From a virus (lineage: Duplodnaviria; Caudoviricetes): a stretch of 25,175 bases of DNA. The DNA is taken from positions 1 through 25,175 of the IMG/VR virus record IMGVR_UViG_3300032233_001715. One strand, given 5' to 3'. A program made the position numbers and the translations under genes. Shown here piece after piece: positions 14,936-23,468 of the stretch. The notes beneath the pieces were generated by a model. That model worked only from the letters and a program-made list of their open reading frames with translations. It was not told where the DNA came from and did not search any database. Each line of letters opens with the position of its first letter. The first letter of the stretch is position 1.

Positions 14936-15411
14936 ACATCCCGGTCAATATGGCACTACCATTCAACACGAACCACATGTTGTCTATTAGTCCGCGTGGC
15001 GTCATGTCAGCTAATGAAAGCTACGTACCTCAGCACGACATCATCAACTGCGTGCCTGGTGCATTTGTCGGTATGTGCAACCTCATTCAGCATGTAGACA
15101 CCTACACCTCTACTCAGACCCTCCAGATCTCTGAAGAGGAGATGGAGAAGGCTGTCCTGGCCATGCGTTACATCTTGTCTCGTGGAGGCATCAGCCACGC
15201 CACTCCAGAAGAAGCGTACATTGCCTCGGGCTTTACCAAGCTGTCCTGGCAGGCTCGCACCTGGGTTCTGAAGAACCTAGGCGACATCATTGTTCGTATG
15301 TGGCATCAGGCTGCCGTAGCCCGAGTCAACGACTTCAAGCAGTACATGGATTCTCCGGTCAACAATGCCGCAGAAAACGTACTGAAGAGCTTCAACCGAG
15401 GACTAGAATGA
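14905..15411 (+). CDS. Hypothetical protein
   Basis: 168 aa ORF preceded by AAAGGAAAG; its stop overlaps the next ATG. Confidence 0.75.
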   Translation: MSEEDFRRSLDIPVNMALPFNTNHMLSISPRGVMSANESYVPQHDIINCVPGAFVGMCNLIQHVDTYTSTQTLQISEEEMEKAVLAMRYILSRGGISHATPEEAYIASGFTKLSWQARTWVLKNLGDIIVRMWHQAAVARVNDFKQYMDSPVNNAAENVLKSFNRGLE

Positions 15412-15881
15412 GCGACAACCTTATAGGTAAGTTTGCTGTTAATGAGCAAAAGGCCCTAGGCTACATCGTAGAGAAGCAAGTGCTTGGAGATCAGGTGGTG
15501 TACTCGGGCATTCCGATTACTGATAATCCTATCTGGCTTACCATCAAGCCGATAATGGTGTTTGATGTCAAAATCGATCCTTCGTCTCTGATGGAAATCG
15601 TTATGCAGATCGCTCCACCCAAGCCGTTTTTTCCAGGCAAAGGTGGTCCGCCAGAGAATCCAGGAATCTCGGTAACAAAGATCCAAGGCTCCGATGTAAA
15701 CTCCTTTCCATTTGTAGCCTTTGATTCCATTGACGGAATGAATGGAGACGACATCTTCAAGAACATCTACATGAGTTTGTCAGATCCATCTAAGTGGAAA
15801 CTGAACAACCAAAAGATGCCGGAATCAAACGACTTCGAAGTTGACAACGGTGACGGTTCGGACGATGATGACGAAGGATGA
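15408..15881 (+). CDS. Hypothetical protein with an acidic tail
   Basis: Start moved to ATG 15408 (GAGGA SD, ATGA coupling); ends DGSDDDDEG. Confidence 0.75.
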   Translation: MSDNLIGKFAVNEQKALGYIVEKQVLGDQVVYSGIPITDNPIWLTIKPIMVFDVKIDPSSLMEIVMQIAPPKPFFPGKGGPPENPGISVTKIQGSDVNSFPFVAFDSIDGMNGDDIFKNIYMSLSDPSKWKLNNQKMPESNDFEVDNGDGSDDDDEG

Positions 15882-16468
15882 ATAACTCACCTCTCATCGT
15901 CTGCCTCGATCTAGCCCTCGCCAATACTGGCGTAGCGGTTCTTTCTATTAGTCCTGCCAAGGACGAGTTGCTCTATGTGGACACCATCCACACGGAAAAG
16001 ACCGATAAGACAGAACTGAAAAGAGCCAAGATGCGAGTGTCAGATGATGAGTGGCGCAGAACCACGGAACTAGTGCAATCTCTGGAGAAGATTCTCCTGG
16101 AGCATATGCCGTGTCACATATTTATAGAATGTCCAACAGGCGGATCAAAGAGCGCTCAGGCAGCCAAAAGCATGGCTATTGCCAGAGGCGCGGCTTGCGC
16201 TGTTGTGGACGGCTTTAAGATTCCTGTTACCCTGGTGACTCCATTTGAGGCCAAGCGTGCAGCTACTGGCAGCACGTCAGCTTCCAAGGGAGATGTCAAG
16301 ACTTCCGTAAAGACATTATTTCCAAGCTTTAACGGATGGGTAAAGGGAAAACGAGGACAAGTGCTAGAAGGAAAGAACGAGCACGTGTACGATGCGCTGT
16401 CAGTGTATATGGCAGCAAAAACAACCAATGCTTACAAGGAACTGAAGAATGGCAGAAACTGCAAGTAA
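15878..16468 (+). CDS. ruvC: RuvC-like Holliday junction resolvase
   Basis: IVCLDLALANTGVAVL (first Asp), IFIECP (Glu), VTPFEAKRAATG...ASKGDV, NEHVYDAL (His/Asp). The RNase H-fold catalytic set is intact. Confidence 0.85.
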   Translation: MNNSPLIVCLDLALANTGVAVLSISPAKDELLYVDTIHTEKTDKTELKRAKMRVSDDEWRRTTELVQSLEKILLEHMPCHIFIECPTGGSKSAQAAKSMAIARGAACAVVDGFKIPVTLVTPFEAKRAATGSTSASKGDVKTSVKTLFPSFNGWVKGKRGQVLEGKNEHVYDALSVYMAAKTTNAYKELKNGRNCK

Positions 16469-16775
16469 CAAGCAAGTATCACTACTGAACGAAAGCACCT
16501 GCTTTACCCGTATCCCTCATCCAGAGGGCGAAGGCGAACTGCTGGAAGTAAAGGTCACCACCAAGGTGCGCACTCAATTGGGCGTCATGCACGACACCAC
16601 ACAAAGCTTTATGCTCAGTGGCCAAGATGCATCTGACACTCTTGGATCTCTACGAGTGATTCACAATAATCTGCAGCTGATGCTCATGCGAGCCCAGCAA
16701 GAAGCCGAAAAGACCCCTGAAGCGTCAAAGACTGATGACGCCCCCTCTCTTGGTGTAGTCAAAGCCGCGGAGTAA
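16449..16775 (+). CDS. Hypothetical protein
   Basis: 108 aa ORF with AAGGA upstream and a 20-nt overlap with the ruvC-like gene. Confidence 0.7.
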   Translation: MAETASNKQVSLLNESTCFTRIPHPEGEGELLEVKVTTKVRTQLGVMHDTTQSFMLSGQDASDTLGSLRVIHNNLQLMLMRAQQEAEKTPEASKTDDAPSLGVVKAAE

Positions 16776-16780
16776 AGAGC

Positions 16781-17428
16781 ATGTCTGTAGATCCTGCCAA
16801 CAGAGTATTCACTCCGGCAAAGGCCGCATCCTCCCCCTTGAGTACCGAATTGGTCCAGGAGGATGCGGTTGCGCCCCAGGATGAACTACAGAGTTGGACC
16901 AAGGACTACAGCCTGTTCTTCGTCAACACTCTGCACATGTATCTGCGCATTCCGATCAGCCTCTTTGAGCTATACGCCAAGGAGTTTAACAAGCAGTTAA
17001 AGATCATGCACTTTGTATTGCCTGGTCCTCTGCTTGTTGAAGACGTTGCTGCCCCTACAGGATTTGCCACGCCTGAAGCCGGCTGGAGCAGATACTTGCA
17101 CGGAATGCCAAAAGAGGATTGGCCTCACTTCAAGAACTGGTTGAGCAATGCCAAATGGCTTGCCCAAAACGCTGCAGGTCAAAAAGTTCTATATAGCTGC
17201 GAGGCCGAAGATGTCGAGGTCCGAGATCCAGTAAAGCTGCAAACAATGCAGGTGGTAGGTATAAAGGAATTTGTACCCATCACCTTTTTCATGCCATCTA
17301 ACCTATCCGGTAAGCTATATCTCAACACCAAGAACGGTCCCCCGTTCAATTGCATATACGTCAACCGGAATGGACCAGGAGCAGGAGAAGCAGCAGCCTT
17401 GTTCAAGAAACTGAGAGAAGTGCTTTGA
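16781..17428 (+). CDS. Hypothetical protein
   Basis: 215 aa ORF with GGAG upstream, tightly packed. Confidence 0.75.
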   Translation: MSVDPANRVFTPAKAASSPLSTELVQEDAVAPQDELQSWTKDYSLFFVNTLHMYLRIPISLFELYAKEFNKQLKIMHFVLPGPLLVEDVAAPTGFATPEAGWSRYLHGMPKEDWPHFKNWLSNAKWLAQNAAGQKVLYSCEAEDVEVRDPVKLQTMQVVGIKEFVPITFFMPSNLSGKLYLNTKNGPPFNCIYVNRNGPGAGEAAALFKKLREVL

Positions 17429-17685
17429 AGATTAATTTTCACGAAACCGATCCCATGGAAGCCGAGGCATCCTTTCCAAAGGACAGCAAAGGCATTGCCA
17501 TGGTTGTCGAGCCCTCGTTCTACGGTAAGTCCAAGAACGCCATGGTGTGCGTCCTCACCTCCACCAGTAATACAGGCAAATGGCTGTACAGGTACCGCCT
17601 CAAGGTAACTGATACAGGCAAGCTTGTACTTGAGGATCTGGGCGAAAGACGCAAGCTTGACGTGGATTTACCTGCGCTCAAATAG
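17425..17685 (+). CDS. Hypothetical protein
   Basis: Likely start is TTG 17425 (TTGA coupling) or ATG 17455, rather than 17350. Confidence 0.65.
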   Translation: MKINFHETDPMEAEASFPKDSKGIAMVVEPSFYGKSKNAMVCVLTSTSNTGKWLYRYRLKVTDTGKLVLEDLGERRKLDVDLPALK

Positions 17686-17688
17686 CCG

Positions 17689-17705
17689 CCTAAATGAGTT
17701 AAAAT
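17689..17705 (+). promoter_or_regulatory. Intergenic motif copy 3 (CCTAAATGAGTTAAAAT)
   Basis: Starts 3 nt after the 17685 stop; 14 of 17 positions identical to copy 1. Confidence 0.45.
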
Positions 17706-17760
17706 AACTTGGCCATGTTTCGCCATGAACCGGTCATGGTGTACTAGGGCCATGGAACCT

Positions 17761-17786
17761 CCGCCGATCTGCAGTCGGCGGTTTTT
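17761..17786 (+). terminator. Rho-independent terminator
   Basis: CCGCCGA-TCTGCAG-TCGGCGG followed by TTTTT. Confidence 0.75.
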
Positions 17787-17804
17787 AATTAAAGGGGTGT
17801 ACGA

Positions 17805-18869
17805 ATGAGACACTGCAAGGAAGCAGTCGTCAAACCGTTGTCTATCACAAAGGCATACGGTTATGTTAATGAGTGGGGTCTTTCATATGCCGAGAGGTTC
17901 CGGCATCGAAACGCCCTGTTCATTGGATCCGCGGATACCACGGTATGTGCGCTAATCATGCGCATGCCCAACGGTATCTCAGAAGCCTATTGCCTCTTCC
18001 ATCACTGGACTGAGGGTGAAGGTAGGCATCTGAACTTCTCCACCAGCGTGGCATTCTCCATAAATCTGGGAAAATTGGATACACCCAGATGGCTTTTCGA
18101 TGGAGAACAAATTGAGCTGGAGGAACTGGCTAAAACCAGTAATGAAGAGGCGGCACAGAGGGCTCGCATGGTGGTGTCGGGACTACCGGCACTTGCCTGC
18201 CTGGCTTACAAGTCTCATCTAATCAATGAGGCTTTTGGGCATCCAAGGGTTTTGGTGAATGAGCCAATCTTGATGGTACCGAGAACGTGCGGCAAGATCG
18301 ACGTGGCTTCAGGCACGGTCGAGCAATTCCTTAGTTTCATCTGCTCGGGAATGGGCGGCCTGATGAGTCCAGCATACCTGCGCACTAAGGAGTTGGTGCA
18401 GGACTATGCGGTCACTCCCTGGCAAATGTATTTGAATGCTGGTTGTGATTCGCAGATCATGATGTCCGACTTCGGCAAGAAGCATGGCATGCTGGGTACG
18501 TTGATTAAGATTGTTTCCGACGTTATCGATCGACCGATCGAGATGCTCGGAGTCAATCAGAAGAATCTGCCTCTGTTGCTGAGTCCAGCGCAGATAAAGG
18601 CCTTCAAGGACTGCGTTCCCTGGTTTGTCATGGACCAGGATGAGTACGTGGTGCCGCAGCACAAAGACTGTTTCCTCATGGGCCGGCGCATGGATACTTT
18701 CCAGACGCAGCACAAGAGCTACATCGCTGCTCGGCAATTGGGTTTTGAGATTCCAAACGTTGAGGAACTTCGGCAGCAGACGCGTTCTGCCGAGACTCCG
18801 AAGCAGAAGGCCCCGGCAGTGGTGGAGGTGAAGACCTCTGCTGCAGAGCTAGAGCTCAGTGAATCCTAA
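17805..18869 (+). CDS. Hypothetical protein (354 aa)
   Basis: SD-like AAAGGGG upstream; no motif recognised. Confidence 0.8.
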   Translation: MRHCKEAVVKPLSITKAYGYVNEWGLSYAERFRHRNALFIGSADTTVCALIMRMPNGISEAYCLFHHWTEGEGRHLNFSTSVAFSINLGKLDTPRWLFDGEQIELEELAKTSNEEAAQRARMVVSGLPALACLAYKSHLINEAFGHPRVLVNEPILMVPRTCGKIDVASGTVEQFLSFICSGMGGLMSPAYLRTKELVQDYAVTPWQMYLNAGCDSQIMMSDFGKKHGMLGTLIKIVSDVIDRPIEMLGVNQKNLPLLLSPAQIKAFKDCVPWFVMDQDEYVVPQHKDCFLMGRRMDTFQTQHKSYIAARQLGFEIPNVEELRQQTRSAETPKQKAPAVVEVKTSAAELELSES

Positions 18870-18887
18870 TCCACACTACTGACACCC

Positions 18888-18943
18888 CCTACCTCCCTGG
18901 CACCACATGCTGATTACATGTGGTGCCAGGGTAGGTTTTGTTT
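18888..18943 (+). terminator. Long hairpin, probable terminator
   Basis: Perfect 15-bp inverted repeat CCCTGGCACCACATG (18895-18909) / CATGTGGTGCCAGGG (18917-18931), extendable by CCTA/TAGG, followed by TTTTGTTT. Confidence 0.75.
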
Positions 18944-18987
18944 CCCAATCGCAGGCACTGCCTTGCATTTAGCAATCAAAGGATAAC

Positions 18988-19431
18988 ATGCTTTCAGACT
19001 ACATTGCTCACGTAATCAGAGCCTTGGACAGAGCTCAAGTACTGCCCGCCAATCAGATCCGCAAGATCACTGGACTGGACGTTTGCGCCTACGACCAGAT
19101 CATCCAGGGTAGTGACGGTCGAAACATCACTATTGAGCATGCTGATCGAATCGTCGACTTCTTCGGCATGGGCATGTTTCATGCGGCCTTTGTCAAGGAG
19201 TCCTTCGTATCCAGCGGCTCTCAGTACAAGACCTGGGAAGGCTTGGAGAAGGACGAGCAGACACTTATCAACATCGCGGGGGTATTCACGTCGAATCCCA
19301 AGACTCCAATCACAACCTTGAATTACACGAAGGAGTGCTCTTACTTTCTTGACACTTGCGACAACCTAATTTCAATTATTAAAGACACTGGAGCATCTGA
19401 TGACGACGGCACCGAATCAGAAAACAGCTAA
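18988..19431 (+). CDS. Protein with an N-terminal XRE/Cro-like helix-turn-helix
   Basis: ANQIRKITGLDVCAYDQIIQG...NITIEHADRIVDFFG follows XRE spacing; SD AAAGGA. Confidence 0.6.
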   Translation: MLSDYIAHVIRALDRAQVLPANQIRKITGLDVCAYDQIIQGSDGRNITIEHADRIVDFFGMGMFHAAFVKESFVSSGSQYKTWEGLEKDEQTLINIAGVFTSNPKTPITTLNYTKECSYFLDTCDNLISIIKDTGASDDDGTESENS

Positions 19432-19657
19432 AAAGGCAGGACTCATACTGCTAAAGATTCCATATCACTGGGAGACAGATTCTTCTGTTGAGGCCAATCC
19501 GATTGAGTCTCGTGAAATGGCACAGGTTCAGGTTTCGGAGTATCAGAACAAGGTCAAAAAAGACGACTTGGCTAAGCATTACTTTCTGTTAATCGAAGGC
19601 TCTATTGTCCCCACCACAGAGTGGATCTCTGCTAACGAATTCGTTTATCACGTATAA
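19400..19657 (+). CDS. Hypothetical protein
   Basis: 85 aa ORF with GGAG upstream. Confidence 0.7.
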   Translation: MTTAPNQKTAKKAGLILLKIPYHWETDSSVEANPIESREMAQVQVSEYQNKVKKDDLAKHYFLLIEGSIVPTTEWISANEFVYHV

Positions 19658-19677
19658 GAAAACAGGATTAAAAACAA

Positions 19678-20703
19678 ATGGCAGCATCAATCAACTACGT
19701 CGACAAGCTCAAGCAGTATCGCAGCGCTAACGTTCCTCTCCTCATCTTTGGCGGTCCCGGTATCGGCAAGTCCGAGATCTGCAAGGCTGCAGCTGATGGC
19801 GACGAGGTCAAGGACGTTCGTCTTTCCATGTTGGAGCCGGTGGACATGCGCGGCATGCCGGTCGTCAACCGCAAGGGCGACGGCACCGAGTTCAGCGTGG
19901 AGTGGGCAAAGCCCGACTTCCTGCCAACCAGTGGCAAGGGCATCATCCTCTTTGACGAGCTAAATACCGCCGACCCCAGCGTCCAGAATGCTGCTCTGCA
20001 GTTTATCCTGGATCGTCGCTGTGGTCCGCACAAGCTTGGTGACGGCTGGTGGATCGTGGCCTGCGGCAACAAGTCGTCGCACAAAGCCCACGTCAATCCG
20101 CTTTCTGCTCCTCTCCGCAATCGCTTTGTGATCCTGGAGATGCAGCCAGACTTCAACCAGTGGCGCAACTGGGCGATGAACAACTACATTCACGAGAATG
20201 TGCTTGGCTTCATGAGCAGCACCAGCGGCCAGCACCTGTACTCCGATCCGCAGGACGAGTACGGCAACTTCCCGACTCCTCGCGGCTGGACCATGGTTTC
20301 TCGCCTTCTCAAGGGCAACATCAGCGAGCGTGAAGCCATTGAGGGTGCCATCGGCAAGGGTGCAGCCAACTGGTTCGTCCAGTACTGCAACGAGATCAAG
20401 GTGATGCCAAACATCGATGATCTGCTGGAGGGCAAGGCTACATATCAGGACGGCCCCAACAAGCTGTCTGTGACCTATGCGGTCGTTAGCAACATCTTGT
20501 ACCGAGCTCTGCGTAATATCAACATGATTGATAAGGGCGCAAATGTAATGATGGGTATTCGTCCTGAGATCAGCAGCCTATACTTCGGCGGTCTACTGCA
20601 GCAGAAGAACGAGAAGTTCATGCTGGCTGTTATGAAGTCTCAAAATGCAAAGAACTGGCTTTCCAAGCACCGCAGCCTTCTGGTGCCATTCGAGGTAGAA
20701 TAA
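19678..20703 (+). CDS. MoxR-like AAA+ ATPase
   Basis: Walker A GGPGIGKS, Walker B IILFDELN, IVACGN, Arg finger LSAPLRNRF, FPTPRGW. Confidence 0.92.
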   Translation: MAASINYVDKLKQYRSANVPLLIFGGPGIGKSEICKAAADGDEVKDVRLSMLEPVDMRGMPVVNRKGDGTEFSVEWAKPDFLPTSGKGIILFDELNTADPSVQNAALQFILDRRCGPHKLGDGWWIVACGNKSSHKAHVNPLSAPLRNRFVILEMQPDFNQWRNWAMNNYIHENVLGFMSSTSGQHLYSDPQDEYGNFPTPRGWTMVSRLLKGNISEREAIEGAIGKGAANWFVQYCNEIKVMPNIDDLLEGKATYQDGPNKLSVTYAVVSNILYRALRNINMIDKGANVMMGIRPEISSLYFGGLLQQKNEKFMLAVMKSQNAKNWLSKHRSLLVPFEVE

Positions 20704-21929
20704 TGTCGACCGAAATTGACCCAACGCTGATCCAGATCGCTAAGAAACGACTGGACAAATCTATGTTCAGGATGTTCCAGGACTTTCCTTTCTGGGCATT
20801 TCTGATCGAGAAGTGCAATGTTAAGCTGACCGAAGACAAGAGGGTGCCCACCGCTTGCATTGATCGCAATGGCAACATCTTCTTCAATAGGGAGTTCTTC
20901 ACCTCGCTATCCGACGATATGGTGCACTTTGTGCTGGCCCATGAGGTCATGCACATGCTGTTGGATCACCACAGCCGGGTTGGTGGACGTCAGGCGTACC
21001 TGTGGAACGTGGCCGGCGATGTACTCATCAACGAGATGCTGCAGGATCATTTCTCGCAGAAAAGCACACGGCTAGACCTGTCATCGTATATCAGTCGTCA
21101 AAGTTTTAATTTTGATGTCGATCACAACACGATGACCACGGAGGAGATCTACGAGCTTATCATCAAGAACAGCCCCAAGATGAAAGCAAAGGGTCGTGGC
21201 GAAGGCGAAGGCGGTATCCAGGATGGCAATGACTTGGCAGACTTTGAGCCAGGAGACGGACCATCCGGTCAGGATATCCGGACGGCTTCTGAGGATACCC
21301 CTCAGAACGCCAAAGAATGGGCAGATGCTGGACTTGAGGCTGCTACCCGCAGTCGAATGGCTGGCAACTGCCCGGCATTCATGGAGCGGCAAATCGACAA
21401 GCTGCTGAATCCAGAGATTGCCTGGAACGAGGTGCTGGCTTACTACCTGCGGAATAAGTTCTGCATGAAGAGCAAGAACCGGCATACGTTCACTCCGCCG
21501 AATCGACGGTATCTGTATCAGGACGTGATCATGACCAGTCGAATCGGCAAGAAGAAGCCCAGCATCGCATTCTCCATCGACACTTCTGGATCTATGTCCG
21601 GTGACGACATAGCCAAGGGTATTGCGGAGATGGATGCCATTCGCAAGATGTACAAAGTACCTGTCTACCTATTGGAGGCGGACTACACAGTACATCGTGC
21701 GAAGTGGGTACAGCCAAATGAGCAAATCCCATCGCTCAAGGGCGGCGGCGGTACTTCGTTCGTGCCGGTGATGGATCATCTGAAGGAGAATAAGCCAGAT
21801 GTAGACGTACTCGTCTACTTCACTGACGGCTACGGTGAATTCGGCAATGATCCTGGATTTGATGTCATTTGGGTAGTCAATAGTTCGGTCCAACCTCCCT
21901 ACGGCAAAACCATCCGTATCAACTCCTGA
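20703..21929 (+). CDS. DUF2201-type protein: HExxH metallopeptidase-like N-domain plus C-terminal VWA domain
   Basis: VPTACID, FVLAHEVMH, WNVAGDVLIN; MIDAS IDTSGSMS, GGGGTSF, YFTDGYG. TAATG-coupled to the AAA gene. Confidence 0.92.
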   Translation: MSTEIDPTLIQIAKKRLDKSMFRMFQDFPFWAFLIEKCNVKLTEDKRVPTACIDRNGNIFFNREFFTSLSDDMVHFVLAHEVMHMLLDHHSRVGGRQAYLWNVAGDVLINEMLQDHFSQKSTRLDLSSYISRQSFNFDVDHNTMTTEEIYELIIKNSPKMKAKGRGEGEGGIQDGNDLADFEPGDGPSGQDIRTASEDTPQNAKEWADAGLEAATRSRMAGNCPAFMERQIDKLLNPEIAWNEVLAYYLRNKFCMKSKNRHTFTPPNRRYLYQDVIMTSRIGKKKPSIAFSIDTSGSMSGDDIAKGIAEMDAIRKMYKVPVYLLEADYTVHRAKWVQPNEQIPSLKGGGGTSFVPVMDHLKENKPDVDVLVYFTDGYGEFGNDPGFDVIWVVNSSVQPPYGKTIRINS

Positions 21930-21940
21930 TAAAAAAGGAA

Positions 21941-21979
21941 TGAAGGTAGGGGGAGGGCTGTTGGCACCCCCTGCCTTCA
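21941..21979. promoter_or_regulatory. GC-rich intergenic hairpin
   Basis: TGAAGGTAGGGGG / CCCCCTGCCTTCA form a 13-bp stem with one U-G pair. A6 run upstream; no U tract on the + strand. Confidence 0.6.
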
Positions 21980-21989
21980 ACCCTACCCC

Positions 21990-23453
21990 ATGCAATATTA
22001 CGTAACACTAGAACAAAACTTCGTAGACATTCGCACCTTCAAGCAAAGCATCACGAATAGCGGCATATCTTTGCCAGCCAGTCTGACAAGTACCACCACT
22101 AGCTCGTTTTTCCTCGGTGGAACTTTGTACTATCCCGTGACCATCGGGCTCAATAATCCGGCAGCTAATGGAGCAGGTGGCGTTGTAGGTTTTCTGAAGG
22201 CCAAGATTGCCAACAATCTGGAGCTTGGAGACACCGAGCACAAGATCATCAATAATCCGGAGGACCTCAAGCAAGCAGGTGTCAAGCTATCTGCGCAGAG
22301 CATTAAGATGCTCAAAACCCTGCGAGCAAACAACAAAGTGTTTGAGGGCGACTACCACCATCACAATCGTGGTTTTAAGTGCCGAGCTGAGGAAGTCATC
22401 AAGTGTCTGACTTTTGGGTATTTTAATTTCCCAGACGACAGAGGCTTCATGGAGATCCTGACTCAGAACGACTACAACATCCACAATCTGGTGTCAGATA
22501 AGCGCAATAATATTGCAACTGTCTATGCCGAGTTAATAAAGTATTTCAATACTAACGAGAAAAGTCATTGGACCAATCGCAGCATTGGCACCAGGATTTC
22601 TCACGGCGTTATGCGTACTGTGCTGGCTCCTGACGAAGAATGTGTGGTAAAGTGGCGCAAGCCCAGTAAGAACAGCAAGTGGCCGTATACCTTGGACCAC
22701 CACTGGTTCTGCTGCCAGGAATCTCCGGTGGCAATGGCTCATCACACCATGGCCTCGCTCATGGGTCGTGGAGAGGGTCGCAACAACCGGGATCAGCTAA
22801 TGCTGAATCTGCCCATCTTCTTGCATATTCGAGCATTGGAGATTTGCAGAAAGATCCTGGAGAACTTCTTCACAAATCTGCCAGAGATTCTGAAGACCCA
22901 CTCATCTGCCATGGGGCAGTACAGCTCCATGATCAATGACTTTGAATGGCCCACTGGTCGCTATTCGTCCAAGAAGCTGGCTCCAGAGATGTTCCCAATC
23001 AAGGCAGCTTTGGCTTTGGGAGTTTTGCCAAAGTTTGACGACTCTGGAAAGTTTGATAAGTTCATTCCAATCAATGGCGTTCTACATGACAATCCGCAGA
23101 CCATCTATCTTGAGATGGATCCGGACTATCTGCAGCGCCGTCGATCTGAGCAATCTCTGTTGCTCATGTACAGCACAGGGCTTATCTCGCTAGAGGACTT
23201 GGAGAAAATCCTGGGACCTATCTCTCGTAATGAGCAGCATCTCAAGGATAATCCCGAAAAGGTTCAGTTGCGAATGAGCAGAAATGTCGTATGCTGCCTT
23301 CCTGTGGAATCGGCTAATACCTCGGTTTATGCAACTCTAGCAAAGTACGGTATTACGAAGTCTACTACCAGGGATGTCAACGACGAACTGGCCAAGATAG
23401 AACCAGAAGATTTGCTGGTGGCGATTGAGTGTGGAGACGAAGAAGCCCTATAA
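21990..23453 (+). CDS. Hypothetical protein (487 aa)
   Basis: Long ORF with no recognised motif and no SD (CCCTACCCC precedes the ATG). Confidence 0.8.
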   Translation: MQYYVTLEQNFVDIRTFKQSITNSGISLPASLTSTTTSSFFLGGTLYYPVTIGLNNPAANGAGGVVGFLKAKIANNLELGDTEHKIINNPEDLKQAGVKLSAQSIKMLKTLRANNKVFEGDYHHHNRGFKCRAEEVIKCLTFGYFNFPDDRGFMEILTQNDYNIHNLVSDKRNNIATVYAELIKYFNTNEKSHWTNRSIGTRISHGVMRTVLAPDEECVVKWRKPSKNSKWPYTLDHHWFCCQESPVAMAHHTMASLMGRGEGRNNRDQLMLNLPIFLHIRALEICRKILENFFTNLPEILKTHSSAMGQYSSMINDFEWPTGRYSSKKLAPEMFPIKAALALGVLPKFDDSGKFDKFIPINGVLHDNPQTIYLEMDPDYLQRRRSEQSLLLMYSTGLISLEDLEKILGPISRNEQHLKDNPEKVQLRMSRNVVCCLPVESANTSVYATLAKYGITKSTTRDVNDELAKIEPEDLLVAIECGDEEAL

Positions 23454-23468
23454 TCCAACTAACGACCT

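Noticed and set aside
17711-17760. Fluoride or other known riboswitch
   Set aside because: GGCCATGTTTCGCC only superficially resembles the fluoride aptamer and lacks its GAUG...GAUGAC core. Kept only as an unclassified element.
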